Source: Candidatus Micrarchaeia archaeon (GTDB taxonomy: Archaea; Micrarchaeota; Micrarchaeia; Anstonellales; J096). From it: a DNA stretch of 64,000 nt. How positions within the stretch are numbered: the stretch's first letter is position 1; each line of letters opens with the position of its first letter. A program made the position numbers and the translations under genes. Location: NCBI GenBank assembly GCA_041500405.1, contig JBGQMB010000001.1, positions 1 through 64,000 of the forward strand, read 5' to 3'. Positions 47,325 to 57,449 of this stretch are shown here, one piece after another. The notes below the pieces were generated by a model. The model saw only the letters and a program-made list of their open reading frames with translations, was not told the origin of the DNA and did not search any database.

Positions 47325-48413
47325 TCATATCGAGAAAACAAGGTACGGAATTATTATTGAGCCGAGCAGCGCCGTTTTCTCGTCGTAGAATTTGTTTCCC
47401 ACTGCAAAAGACGCCAGCATCAGCGCCGCGCCTGCCAGCCCGGATGTCGCAATGACAACAAGCGATATTGCCGCGGCAGCCAGGGCATACCCAAGCCTGC
47501 CCCTGCTGATTGTCCTGAAAATATTCTCTGCGACCGCAACCACAATCAGCGCGCCTGCGACATAGCCCATCACGAACCAGATTTCGTTTCCTTTCACGAT
47601 GTCCGCAATCTGGATGGTCGCGCCCACGCGCGGGGCCCCGACATCCAAGCCGGAAAAGCTCATGAAATACTGGGACGCGGAGAACGAGGAAAAGAAGGAC
47701 AGCATGGAAATGTCCTTCAGCATCGGATATGCAAACGCGCCCATTGCAGACGGCGCGCCCACTGCCGGAATTCCGAAGGAGACAAGCGCAAGCAGGACGC
47801 CAAGAATTGCACCCTTCGCCATTTCCTTGGAGTTTGGCATGCGGATGCTCTGCTGGACCGGCTTTTCCGTCCTTCCAAGCATTCCTCCGATGAGGAACGG
47901 AAGCGCAAAAAGGCCAGTGAAAATCGCCATGAACGGGTTGTCCAGATGAAAAGATATGCCGATGTAGCCGATTGCGCCTGAAAGAAGCAATCCAATGACC
48001 CAGCCGATGCGCCTGTTGAAAACCAGATTAAGGAAAAGCACAAGCAGGACAAGGTAAAACGAAACGGGCTTTAACAGGGTTGCGGCGCTTTGCACAACGC
48101 TCCCGGGAATCATCACAGAAAGAATCAATCCAATGAACCCTGCGCCAAGCCAGCAGAAAACATACTCCCTGAGCCTGCCCTGGTTCAGGAACCTGTGCAC
48201 AAGCGGAAGGGCTATGCCTGCCTCCCCTGGCGAGTAGGCGTAGATTATGGTCTGGATGATGACAAGCGCTGAAAAGGACCCGTACATCAGCATAAGCGCC
48301 TCGGGCGGCAGGATGCCCTCCGTAAGGCTCAAAATAAGCGAGATATGCACCCCTGGCAAGAACGAGAAAAGAACGACCAATGCCAGACCAATGGCAAGGT
48401 CCACTGCAGCCAT
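47325..48413 (-). CDS. TctA/DUF112-like multi-pass membrane protein
   Basis: LPGVH, LPLVHRFL.QG, FTGLFALP; ~11 TM. Confidence 0.65.
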   Translation of the reverse strand: MAAVDLAIGLALVVLFSFLPGVHISLILSLTEGILPPEALMLMYGSFSALVIIQTIIYAYSPGEAGIALPLVHRFLNQGRLREYVFCWLGAGFIGLILSVMIPGSVVQSAATLLKPVSFYLVLLVLFLNLVFNRRIGWVIGLLLSGAIGYIGISFHLDNPFMAIFTGLFALPFLIGGMLGRTEKPVQQSIRMPNSKEMAKGAILGVLLALVSFGIPAVGAPSAMGAFAYPMLKDISMLSFFSSFSASQYFMSFSGLDVGAPRVGATIQIADIVKGNEIWFVMGYVAGALIVVAVAENIFRTISRGRLGYALAAAAISLVVIATSGLAGAALMLASFAVGNKFYDEKTALLGSIIIPYLVFSI

Positions 48414-48465
48414 GAATCAGATTGGCGCAGCCTGATTTTTAACCCCTTCGCCGTACAATAAAGGC

Positions 48466-48954
48466 ATGCAGCAGCGCCAGAAGGAAAAGGAGCATGGCCG
48501 TTTCAGGAAAAAGGCAATGCACCTGCTGGAATCAGGCAAAAGGTCAGTAAAGAGGATACTCACGCTCTCAAAGAAGAGCAAGGAGCTGGATGAGGCGCTC
48601 ATCGTCTCCGCATGTAATGGCAACAACGTGGGAGTAATGCGGCTAATCAGGGCAGGAGCAAATATCGCAGCAAGGGATAACGAAGACAGGACAACAGCCC
48701 TGTTATGGGCCGCACGGAATGGATACACTAAAACCTGCGCCCTGCTTATCTCAGAATATACAAAAGCCAACGGAAACATAAAGAGACTGATTGCAGCAAA
48801 GGACAATAAAGGCAGAACAGCTACGAAATGGGCCGCACGGAACGGACACACCCAAATTGTTCAGTTGTTCGATTCCATGGAAAACATGCAGGAAAGCATG
48901 GGCAAGGAAGCGTTCAGCTCATTCCTTTCCGCTTTCAATGAATGCGTTTCCTGA
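48466..48954 (+). CDS. Ankyrin-repeat protein
   Basis: TALLWAARNG and TATKWAARNG, GANI. Confidence 0.85.
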   Translation: MQQRQKEKEHGRFRKKAMHLLESGKRSVKRILTLSKKSKELDEALIVSACNGNNVGVMRLIRAGANIAARDNEDRTTALLWAARNGYTKTCALLISEYTKANGNIKRLIAAKDNKGRTATKWAARNGHTQIVQLFDSMENMQESMGKEAFSSFLSAFNECVS

Positions 48955-49073
48955 CCCCCAAACGGGCTTTTTAAACAGCCCTTCCGTCTAAGTGGTATTC
49001 CAAGCTCACCCCCGCCCTTTTTATAATGTTTGTAGCTAAAAATAGCTTGTCAAAGTTTAATTTACGGTGAAAC

Positions 49074-49769
49074 ATGATGCCCAAAAGGTATGAAGAGATT
49101 GGCCAGTTCCTGGCCAACGACGCCGTGAGGAAAGAACTCATAAACTGCGCAGGCGAGAACGCGATAGACATACTCAAATTGCTGGGCAAGGAAACCGAAG
49201 ACGAGAAAATCGCCAATGTCCTCAAGCTGAAGGTCAGCGACGTCCGCTCCGTCTTAAACAGGCTGAACGAGATAGGCATCGCCTTCTATGACAGGACCAA
49301 GAACGAGGACACGGGCTGGTACTACTACAACTGGTCGGTGGACATGAACAAGTTCAGGGGCTGGGTGAACAGCACGCTCAGGAACCAGGACGCAAGGATA
49401 AAGTACGCGTACCTCATTGAGGATGAGCATTATTACTGCCCGCAATGCGGGATAGGGACAAGCTTTGCGTTCCATGACGCGGCTGATTTGGTGTTCAAGT
49501 GCCCGTCCTGCACAAACACGCTGGAGCTTATAGAAAGCGGGGTTTTGGACAGGTATTTTGGCAGGCCAAAGAAGCTGACAGTCATGCTGCCCCCGGTTGT
49601 GCATGAGCATAGGCACGTTCCGTCCGGGCCGAAGCACGAAAAAAAGCCGCACCTTGTAAAGCACACGGCAAAGGCCCACAAGGCTGCCGCTAAAAAAGCC
49701 GTTAAAAAAGCAGTGAAGAAAAAGGCTAAATTCTCAGCCAAGAAAAAGGCAAAGAAAAGGAAAAGATGA
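49074..49769 (+). CDS. tfe: Transcription factor E alpha with Lys/Ala-rich tail
   Basis: wHTH (DEKIA..VRSVLN.L), TGWYYYNW, CPQC..CPSC zinc ribbon. Confidence 0.88.
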   Translation: MMPKRYEEIGQFLANDAVRKELINCAGENAIDILKLLGKETEDEKIANVLKLKVSDVRSVLNRLNEIGIAFYDRTKNEDTGWYYYNWSVDMNKFRGWVNSTLRNQDARIKYAYLIEDEHYYCPQCGIGTSFAFHDAADLVFKCPSCTNTLELIESGVLDRYFGRPKKLTVMLPPVVHEHRHVPSGPKHEKKPHLVKHTAKAHKAAAKKAVKKAVKKKAKFSAKKKAKKRKR

Positions 49770-49775
49770 TTGCCT

Positions 49776-50858
49776 TTAGCCTGTTCCGTTCATCGCTGTC
49801 TCATTGCTAAGGCAATCTGTTTTCATGGTCCCGTTAGCTATCCTTTCGCAGTATGCCGGGTCCTTCTTGTCCATTACCTTGCCGAAATAGTACCAGCACT
49901 GGTCCTTTTCGCTTCCTGAAAGCAGCGGGCACGCGTTCGGGTTCTTGGTCCCTGTCATATAGTCCAGGATGCAGAGTGAGAAGTTCGACGTTTTCCTGCA
50001 CAGCTCAGGCATGCGGTACTCCATTGCCAGGGTTATCATGCCGGTGTCCGAGGAAACGTTGTTGTATGCCTTCCAGAACTGCGAGAAAGAATAGAAAAGC
50101 GCCTTGAACTCCGTGTCATTGACAACAGAGGGGGATTCTATTTCGCTTGAAGACCTCGCAAAGGACGTGACGTTTGTGCTTTCGGAGTATCCCTGCCCCA
50201 AATAAGTGTAATCAAGGCTGTCAAAAACCCTCATTCCGTCCGATTCTCCGAAAGCCATCCTTTCATTGAATGAAAGCACGCTTATCAGCGGTGACGTTGG
50301 CGAGATGTAAAGCATTGAAAGCTCCTCCCCGCTAAGGTCCTTGAGAGAAAATCTCATTGCAAAGGCGCTTCCTTTGCTGTCGTTGCTGAATTCGGTTATG
50401 TTGAGCGAGTTGTGCTCCATCAGGCCATTGTATTCCACGGAAAGCTGGCTTGCCTGCGCTTTCGTTAAAAGGACTGAGGAAAGGCTTGAGGATATGCCTG
50501 AGGACGATGTTCCCAAAACGGAGATGTTTGCAGTGCACGATGTCTGGTTCCCGAATTTCAGGCAAAGGTATTCCGTGCCGTTCTTCTTTATTGTTGTCCA
50601 GGCATAGAACTCCGAGCCCAATGAAACGGAATAATCGCTTCCGTGCCTTGAGACGCTTACATCGGACGTCCTGTTGGACACTGACATCACTATCGTTTCG
50701 GAATAGTCGCCTGTGCTGTTGACCAAATATATGTACCTGTTGATGCTTGCGTTGAACGCGTCCATTGCCGCATTGCCCTTGGATTCTCCGCCCAGGCATC
50801 CGAACACAAGGCACATTGCCATTGCCAAAACAATTATTTTATATCCCATCATAATCAC
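49776..50858 (-). CDS. Putative lipoprotein with C-terminal Cys-rich repeats
   Basis: LVFGC lipobox-like signal; C-x9/10-C units near the C-terminus. Confidence 0.6.
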   Translation of the reverse strand: MIMMGYKIIVLAMAMCLVFGCLGGESKGNAAMDAFNASINRYIYLVNSTGDYSETIVMSVSNRTSDVSVSRHGSDYSVSLGSEFYAWTTIKKNGTEYLCLKFGNQTSCTANISVLGTSSSGISSSLSSVLLTKAQASQLSVEYNGLMEHNSLNITEFSNDSKGSAFAMRFSLKDLSGEELSMLYISPTSPLISVLSFNERMAFGESDGMRVFDSLDYTYLGQGYSESTNVTSFARSSSEIESPSVVNDTEFKALFYSFSQFWKAYNNVSSDTGMITLAMEYRMPELCRKTSNFSLCILDYMTGTKNPNACPLLSGSEKDQCWYYFGKVMDKKDPAYCERIANGTMKTDCLSNETAMNGTG

Positions 50859-51991
50859 TTCTTTGCTGTTGAAACGATTTTGATTACATCCAAATCCTTA
50901 ATAATGTGATCCTTCGCGATTTTCATCTTGGTCCTTGCGTCTATCCCGTACAGCATGTTGTTCGCTATGTCCGTGTGGATTGTCGCCGCCAGGTCGTGCG
51001 CCGTCTTTCCCTTTTCCAGAAGCTTGACGTTTGGCAGGACGTTGCCTTTCTTGTCCGTAAGCTTTGTTTCGTCTTCCACCGGATAGGCCGTTATGTACCC
51101 AAGAAGCTCGAACGCCATTGCGTTGAGCGCCTCTGTTATCCCGGTTCCATTGTTCCTGTCCATGAATTCCTTTATCCTCGCAAGCGCGGCCTTCTGTTCA
51201 TCTGTTCCATTGTTTATCGTGAATGTCCTGTCCCCCGGCATGTAGCTTATTACCCCTGCCTTTGCCGCCTTTACAAGCGCAAGCTCATAGACCCCCGAGC
51301 CGTAGATTACCGGCCTTGAGCATATTATTTCCTTCTTTCCCTTGTCAGCCTTGTTTCCGAAAACGAGTATGGGCTTGTCCTTGACTATTTGGTCTGCAAG
51401 CGCCCACGCGATTTTCTCGTCCATCCTGACCTTGCCCTTGTCTATGCCCGCCTTTTCCGCGGCGCGGAGCATCATTTCATTATCAACTTTCAATGAGGAA
51501 AGGATGTCCATAAGCTTGGCGATGTCCCTGTTCTCAAAATCCTTCCTGTTCCTGAGTATTATGCCCTTTATCCATTCCCTTAGCTCCGTTTCAATAAGCT
51601 CGACTTCCTTTGAAGGGTCGCAGTCCCCTGGATTTCCCTCCAGGTCAGACTGGCCGGACGCGTCAACCACTATGATGATTCCGTCCGCCTGCCTCATATC
51701 ATCGAGGAACTGCAATCCTAATCCCTTTCCCGCGTGCGCATCAGGCACAATCCCTGCCACGTCCAGCAGCTGCGCAGGTATCAGCCTTGAGCCGCTGACG
51801 CATATCGAGTCCTGGGGATTGCATTTAACGTGAAAATCCGAGCACGGGCACGCCTTCCTCAGGTAACCCACGCCCCTGTTCGGCTCTATGGTGGTAAACG
51901 GATAGTTTGCTATCTTTACGTCCACATGGGTTGCCGCAGAGAAGAACGTCGACTTGCCAGAGTTGGGCTTGCCCACTATTCCGATCAGCAT
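50855..51991 (-). CDS. ychF: OBG-family GTPase/ATPase (archaeal YchF-like)
   Basis: GKPNSGKST, YPFTT, DVAG, NKAD, C-terminal TGS. Confidence 0.9.
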   Translation of the reverse strand: MLIGIVGKPNSGKSTFFSAATHVDVKIANYPFTTIEPNRGVGYLRKACPCSDFHVKCNPQDSICVSGSRLIPAQLLDVAGIVPDAHAGKGLGLQFLDDMRQADGIIIVVDASGQSDLEGNPGDCDPSKEVELIETELREWIKGIILRNRKDFENRDIAKLMDILSSLKVDNEMMLRAAEKAGIDKGKVRMDEKIAWALADQIVKDKPILVFGNKADKGKKEIICSRPVIYGSGVYELALVKAAKAGVISYMPGDRTFTINNGTDEQKAALARIKEFMDRNNGTGITEALNAMAFELLGYITAYPVEDETKLTDKKGNVLPNVKLLEKGKTAHDLAATIHTDIANNMLYGIDARTKMKIAKDHIIKDLDVIKIVSTAKK

Positions 51992-51992
51992 T

Positions 51993-52223
51993 TTACTTCT
52001 TTCCCTTTTTCGGCTTTTTCTTGGCCTTTGGCTTTGCCGCCGGCTTTATGGGAACGATGACGTCCTCACTTTGTTCCTCCTTCGGGGGCGCCTTTTCCTC
52101 GCCAATCATGTCCCTCTCAACATCCTCGTTCTTCTCGAATTCAGTGACGTCGTCGGGCTCGAGCTTGATTTCGCTTGGCTCCTTTTTCCCGAAAAGCGAC
52201 TTGAACCATTCTATCAGTCCCAT
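51993..52223 (-). CDS. Small hypothetical protein, acidic core with Lys-rich tail
   Basis: GGTGG RBS, abuts ychF; ends KPAAKPKAKKKPKKGKK. Confidence 0.6.
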   Translation of the reverse strand: MGLIEWFKSLFGKKEPSEIKLEPDDVTEFEKNEDVERDMIGEEKAPPKEEQSEDVIVPIKPAAKPKAKKKPKKGKK

Positions 52224-52323
52224 TCTACCACCTTCTGAAATGTAGGCTACTTGTATTTATAAATTTTGCCGTTTTCCTAGAAGTTGCAGGCTATTTTTAA
52301 TTGCTTTGGCGCATTGGGGTTGC

Positions 52324-52665
52324 ATGCAGAAAGAGAATCCTTTGGCTGGGCCGGAACCAGTGAAAAAGGAGATAATGGCCGCGCTTTCAACGGTCATAGA
52401 CCCGGAAATCGGCATAGACATCGTCAACCTGGGTCTGGTTTACGGCGTTGAGGTTGATTTAAAGAACAGCAAGGCAACGGTCCGCTTGACAATGACAACG
52501 CCGGCCTGCCCGCTCATGGGCGTCATCCTTTCTGACATCGAAAAGGCGCTCGGCGAAGTCAAGTCAGTGAAGGACATAATAGTCAAGCTTGTCTGGGACC
52601 CGCCATGGGACCAAAACAGGATGAGCGAAAGGGCGAAGATGATGCTTGGCGCGCCGAAACCCTAG
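52324..52665 (+). CDS. DUF59/SufT-like metal-sulfur cluster assembly factor
   Basis: VIDPE, IVNLGLVY, TTPACP, VWDPPW. Confidence 0.9.
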   Translation: MQKENPLAGPEPVKKEIMAALSTVIDPEIGIDIVNLGLVYGVEVDLKNSKATVRLTMTTPACPLMGVILSDIEKALGEVKSVKDIIVKLVWDPPWDQNRMSERAKMMLGAPKP

Positions 52666-53258
52666 ACGCGCTTGAACGCAATGAGCCCGCCCTGGACCCT
52701 TGCAAACCTGTAATTGAGGATTAAGTATTTTTTCTGGATAAGGCTTCCGCCGCTTTCTATATTCGCCCTTATGTCGCCTTCAGGAAGCTCGCCGCACATG
52801 CCGACCGCGTACTCAAGCCCGTTCCTTTTTGCCTCCCTTTCCCTTTCCTCTATGAGCATCTCTATTATGCCCTTGCCCTGGTACTCGTTCAGCACCGCGG
52901 TCTCCTCCATGTAAAGCGCGTTTGCGGCCTGGCCGGTGTCAAGCGTCTTTTCAGACCTGTCGAAAAACACGGGCCACGCAAGGCCAACCCCGACTATGAA
53001 CTTCTCCACGCACGCGCCGTAGCTGTGGCCTTCGGCAATGATGTCCTTTATCTGCTTCACTTCCCTTGTCCCTATCTCGAAAAGGGCGCTTCTCATCAGC
53101 TTGACGACCTCCTCAAGGTCTTCCTCATCAAGGCGCTTTATCTCGGCGCTTTCGTTGCTCGCTATTTCCAGGTCCTCAAGCAGCGCCCTCCTTTTCAGCG
53201 CGGACGGCGGGGCAAGCGCCTTGTGCCTTTCCTCCTTTTCCTTCTCCTGCTGGACCAT
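52662..53258 (-). CDS. GNAT-like acetyltransferase
   Basis: AV..EYQGKGI acetyl-CoA motif A. Confidence 0.6.
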   Translation of the reverse strand: MVQQEKEKEERHKALAPPSALKRRALLEDLEIASNESAEIKRLDEEDLEEVVKLMRSALFEIGTREVKQIKDIIAEGHSYGACVEKFIVGVGLAWPVFFDRSEKTLDTGQAANALYMEETAVLNEYQGKGIIEMLIEEREREAKRNGLEYAVGMCGELPEGDIRANIESGGSLIQKKYLILNYRFARVQGGLIAFKRV

Positions 53259-53310
53259 GTTTTTTTGTGGAACTGTTTTGTTTTAAAACGTTGCCCTGCC
53301 CCAAACTATC

Positions 53311-53964
53311 ATGAAGGAGATTTTTCCCGGCGTCTTTGCGGACGGAAGGAGGATATTCACCATAAACGCAGTGCCGGGCAAGAGCGTGTACGGGGAAAAG
53401 CTCGTCCGCCAGGGAAGCGTCGAGTTCCGCGAGTGGGACCCTTTCAGGAGCAAGCTGTGCGGGGCGCTCAGGAAGGGGCTGAAGACATTCCCGTTTTCCA
53501 GGACCAGCAAGGTCCTTTACCTTGGCGCGTCAACCGGAACGACTGTAAGTCACCTTTCAGACATTGCGGAAGAAGGGGAAATCTACGCGGTTGAGATGGC
53601 GCCGGTAATGGGCGAAAGGCTGATGGAACTGGCTGAAAAAAGGCAGAACATAGTGCCCATAATCGCCGATGCAAGGAAGCCGGACGAGTATGCGGAAATA
53701 CCTGAAGTTGACGTCGTGTACCAGGACGTGGCCCAGCCGGACCAGGACAGGATTCTTGCGATAAACGCAAGGCAGTTCCTGAAAAAGGGCGGAATTGCGA
53801 TGCTGTGCGTTAAGAGCCAGAGCATAGACGTGACAATGGACCCGAAGAAGGTGTTTGCGATGGTTGAAAAGTCCCTTTCTTCTGATTTTGAGATAGTTGA
53901 AAAGTTTTATTTGGAGCCGTATGACAAGGAGCACGAGTTCCTTGTGCTGAGGCTGAAGGGATAG
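53311..53964 (+). CDS. flpA: Fibrillarin-like rRNA/tRNA 2'-O-methyltransferase
   Basis: VYGE, WDPFRSKL, LYLGASTGTTVSH, DVAQPDQ. Confidence 0.96.
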   Translation: MKEIFPGVFADGRRIFTINAVPGKSVYGEKLVRQGSVEFREWDPFRSKLCGALRKGLKTFPFSRTSKVLYLGASTGTTVSHLSDIAEEGEIYAVEMAPVMGERLMELAEKRQNIVPIIADARKPDEYAEIPEVDVVYQDVAQPDQDRILAINARQFLKKGGIAMLCVKSQSIDVTMDPKKVFAMVEKSLSSDFEIVEKFYLEPYDKEHEFLVLRLKG

Positions 53965-54005
53965 AGCAGTTCCATTAAAAAACCCCTTTATCCACAAATA
54001 AGCAC

Positions 54006-55724
54006 ATGAAAAGGCTGCTGTACCGCGCGCGTCACCATCCCATAGGCGCAGCCAACCATCCGCCGGCACAAACCCAGGAGCCAGCAATAGAATCCCCTGC
54101 AAGCATGTTGAAGGAGAGGGTATCCGCGCTCCTGCAAAAGGTCATGTCCAGCCCGCGTTATGACCAAAGGATGCAGCCTATTGTCAACGACATAATCCAG
54201 CTGGAGTGCAAGTTCGGGAATGAAAAGGACGGATACGACAACAGCAACAGGGTGAAGATAGACTCGCTGGAGGAGCTTTCCCTGCTCATGGAAAGCGGCG
54301 CGCTCGGAAAGCACCTTGCGCCAATCCTGGCTGAACTGCACAGCAAGCTCATTTCTGCGGCAATTGAGGCAGGCAAATGCTTTTACGCGCGCAATTTCAT
54401 GGAGTCAAAAAGGAACGTCTCAACATCGCTGTTCTGGGCCCTGAAGCAGCTAAGGAGGCTGTCCCAGGCTCCGGAGTTTTCCGGGACAGACGCAATGCTT
54501 GCCGAAAAGGCCACAATGAGGACAGATTTCGGCAACATCATGTTCAGCTATTCAATTTTGAAATCGATGCTTGGCAACAGGAACCTGGACAAGCTTAAGG
54601 AAAGCAGGAACGCATTCGACAACACATTCATTTCCATAACAGATGCCGCAAAAGAGGCAGTGAAAAAGGCATACCGCAGGCAGGACCCGGGCCAGCTGTA
54701 TGCATGGATAGAGAGGATTGCGGGCAGCCCCAATTTCGGCCCTGACACCGTCCCGGCGCTGGTCATGGTGCTCAACGACATCGGCATCGGATACAGCGTC
54801 GCTGCAAAGTCCATGAACCCGGAAAGCGCCACAAAGGCCGCGGCCTCGATTTCCGAACTGGGCCTCCTTATCAATTCCCCGAACTATGACCGCCACGCTG
54901 AGCTGGCGCTGCGCAATGTTGCAATAACCGGCGAGCGCATGCTTGCCTCAGACACTGTCAATGCGATGTACTCTGTTTTCATTAACAAAAACCTGCCGGA
55001 AGAAGCGCGCCGCACTGTATTTTTCATATCAACCAAGTGCCCGCCAAAGCACCTGATGCGCGCCTATAATGCAGCATCCCGCCTTTTCAAGATAGGAAAG
55101 TTCCAGGGCAGGGTAGGCTCCGCGATAGCGAGTGCCGCATCGGCGATAGAGGACCAGGACCTTGCAGACTTCCTGGATTCCATTGCAAATGCAGTATGCA
55201 GCGATCCAGGCATCAAGCCAAGGATGGTGGCCCCGCTTTGCAGCGTAATACTGGGCTGCGTGCATGACGAAAAGACCAGGGAGGAATGCCTGGGCCTGTT
55301 TTCCAAAATCGCAAACCACAAGAACATGAAAGGCAGGATGGTCCGCGTACTGGACATGGCCGCTTCGGAAAGGGGGGAGGACCTTTATCCTGCCCTTGCC
55401 TCGCTTTATTCGCTTATCAACAGCAACCCGTTCAGCAACAAGTTTTCGGTCATGGCGGAAAAGGCGGCGTCATTGGCGAAAGAGGGCGCAGTGTCGGACT
55501 CGCTTGACATGCTTGGCATCATGCTGAAAAACGAGATGATAGGGATAAGGCGGCTTGACAGGGACCTTTTGTCGGCTTCGTGCGCAATCGCCAACCATGC
55601 GTCGCTTGCAAGGCACGGGGGCATGCGCCAGGGCACAGTTGCTGACGCGCTCAAGAAGCTTGGCAGAGGGTTTTCCAAGGAAGACCTGCTCTGGACGGCA
55701 GAAGCGCTTCCCTCGTTCAAGTGA
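54006..55724 (+). CDS. Orphan alpha-helical ~36-aa repeat protein
   Basis: Recurring IAGSPNF, LINSPNY, LINSNPF type motifs. Confidence 0.65.
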   Translation: MKRLLYRARHHPIGAANHPPAQTQEPAIESPASMLKERVSALLQKVMSSPRYDQRMQPIVNDIIQLECKFGNEKDGYDNSNRVKIDSLEELSLLMESGALGKHLAPILAELHSKLISAAIEAGKCFYARNFMESKRNVSTSLFWALKQLRRLSQAPEFSGTDAMLAEKATMRTDFGNIMFSYSILKSMLGNRNLDKLKESRNAFDNTFISITDAAKEAVKKAYRRQDPGQLYAWIERIAGSPNFGPDTVPALVMVLNDIGIGYSVAAKSMNPESATKAAASISELGLLINSPNYDRHAELALRNVAITGERMLASDTVNAMYSVFINKNLPEEARRTVFFISTKCPPKHLMRAYNAASRLFKIGKFQGRVGSAIASAASAIEDQDLADFLDSIANAVCSDPGIKPRMVAPLCSVILGCVHDEKTREECLGLFSKIANHKNMKGRMVRVLDMAASERGEDLYPALASLYSLINSNPFSNKFSVMAEKAASLAKEGAVSDSLDMLGIMLKNEMIGIRRLDRDLLSASCAIANHASLARHGGMRQGTVADALKKLGRGFSKEDLLWTAEALPSFK

Positions 55725-55789
55725 ACTATTTCCACCTTTTGTCACTAGTGCAAACCAATAAAAACCCTTAGCAGCAATAATATATATTT

Positions 55790-56590
55790 ATGGATACCAA
55801 AAATGCCACCGGAAGCGGACAAGGGCACAAGGATCCCCAGCCCGGCCGCACTGCCGCACATGAGCCATTGGAAAGCGGAACCGGCGAGCACAACTTTTTT
55901 GCTCAATTGTGCAGCAAGCTTTCAAAAGACCGCCAGGCAGTCTCATTCATAACCGCCCTTTCAAGAAGCATAACCCCGGCCATGCCGAACTATGAGCTGC
56001 TGGCCAAAGGCAAAAGCGCCTCAAACGCCCTGGTCCTTCTTGCAAAGCGCATAGCCGAAATCTATAGGGACAGCCCGCCCCACGGCAGCATGGCGTCACA
56101 GGCCGCGCTCAGGGCGATTTGCGGGCCAAGGCTTGACGAAGGCTCGCTGTCCCTTCTGCTTTCAGCGGCGCTCCGCTCTTCAGAGATGCACACAGGCCTT
56201 TGCATCAACACCATAAGCGACATGGCGGAGAAGGGAATCCTGTCGTGCGCAGGCGTCGGGGGCACCCTGGATTCATTTGTCATACGCACCGATGCGAACG
56301 AGGTTTATCCGTTCCTCCTGGTGTCGGATGCCGCGCTTTCCAACCCGCACATGCCTCAAGGGAGCATTACCATAGCCGTGCTTTCTGACATCCATGATGC
56401 AGTCTCGGCATTCTGCCGCAATTCCCCCGGCAGCAGCTTGCCGATAGAGGTGCTCAACATGGCGGCATATCTTGAAATCATGTCGTTCCAAGTGCACACG
56501 CACGCCGATTCCCCTGCCCATGAGCCGTCTGCAGCTGCCGGCGAAAATGCCATCAAGCAGATGATAAAGATGATGCAGGGCAAGCCATAG
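55790..56590 (+). CDS. Orphan helical protein, probably same repeat family
   Basis: AICGPRLD, ALSNPHMP; low-complexity N-terminus. Confidence 0.55.
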   Translation: MDTKNATGSGQGHKDPQPGRTAAHEPLESGTGEHNFFAQLCSKLSKDRQAVSFITALSRSITPAMPNYELLAKGKSASNALVLLAKRIAEIYRDSPPHGSMASQAALRAICGPRLDEGSLSLLLSAALRSSEMHTGLCINTISDMAEKGILSCAGVGGTLDSFVIRTDANEVYPFLLVSDAALSNPHMPQGSITIAVLSDIHDAVSAFCRNSPGSSLPIEVLNMAAYLEIMSFQVHTHADSPAHEPSAAAGENAIKQMIKMMQGKP

Positions 56591-56673
56591 GCGCCCCGAA
56601 TCGCATTATTCTCTTTGTGTTTAAATATAAGCGCAAGTGTAGCATTATTAAACTGTTTGCTGCGCAATAAAAC

Positions 56674-57396
56674 ATGGTAAAATCCTGCTCCCTAGCATAT
56701 GCCGCCAGCAGAAACTGCAATGGCTGCGCAGCGGGGCAGGGCAATGAATTTTTCAGCAGTTACAAATGGTTTTGCTCCCCTGACATGACTTCTTACAAAA
56801 AGCAAAGGGCGGCGGCAGGCATCCGCATGACATCAAGGTCGCTTTGCAGAATTGCAGATGGCAGTGCCCAGCTATCGGCCAATCACTCCCTGATGAAGCT
56901 GATAGGCGAAGAAAAGTTTGACCCGTCAATCCTTCCTTTTATGAACAGGCTCGTCTCGAATGGCCGCCTTTCAGGATTTTATACCGCGATTTCCATAAAC
57001 TGTTTCAGGGATATATGCGCAACCGGAAGATTCGAGAGGTCAATGCTGCCTTTCTTTGATTGCATGCTCCGCAAAAAAGGGAAGAATGACATGTACCTTG
57101 CGGTCGAATCCGTGCGCGCGCTTTTCCGCAACCCGGATTTTGACAAAGGATGGCTCACGCAGGACAACTACGCCATTATATTGAGGATAATCGGCGCCAT
57201 GGCCCAGAAACCGGATTCGGACACTGTGCCTTATCCATTCTACAGCTTCACTTCCCTGATAGGCAGCAGGGGATTCTCGGTTGCTGAGCTTCCCAAGGTG
57301 CATGACGGCATGCAAAACCTGAACGGCATTGCGATGGCGGCGTATTTTTACAGTCTTGAGAAGGAGCGGCATCCAAACGCCGAGCCGAAAACCTAA
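56674..57396 (+). CDS. Orphan alpha-helical ~36-aa repeat protein
   Basis: KFDPSILPF, RFERSMLPF, NPDFD spaced 38 and 36 aa. Confidence 0.6.
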   Translation: MVKSCSLAYAASRNCNGCAAGQGNEFFSSYKWFCSPDMTSYKKQRAAAGIRMTSRSLCRIADGSAQLSANHSLMKLIGEEKFDPSILPFMNRLVSNGRLSGFYTAISINCFRDICATGRFERSMLPFFDCMLRKKGKNDMYLAVESVRALFRNPDFDKGWLTQDNYAIILRIIGAMAQKPDSDTVPYPFYSFTSLIGSRGFSVAELPKVHDGMQNLNGIAMAAYFYSLEKERHPNAEPKT

Positions 57397-57449
57397 AAAA
57401 TCAGGGCATGGGTCAATAGCTTTTAATCTTATCCCGCAGTAATAAGCGC

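Noticed and set aside
48660..48860. Possible DGR template/variable repeat pair in the ankyrin gene
   Set aside because: Both copies are in-frame ankyrin repeats, mismatches are not adenine-specific, and no reverse transcriptase is present
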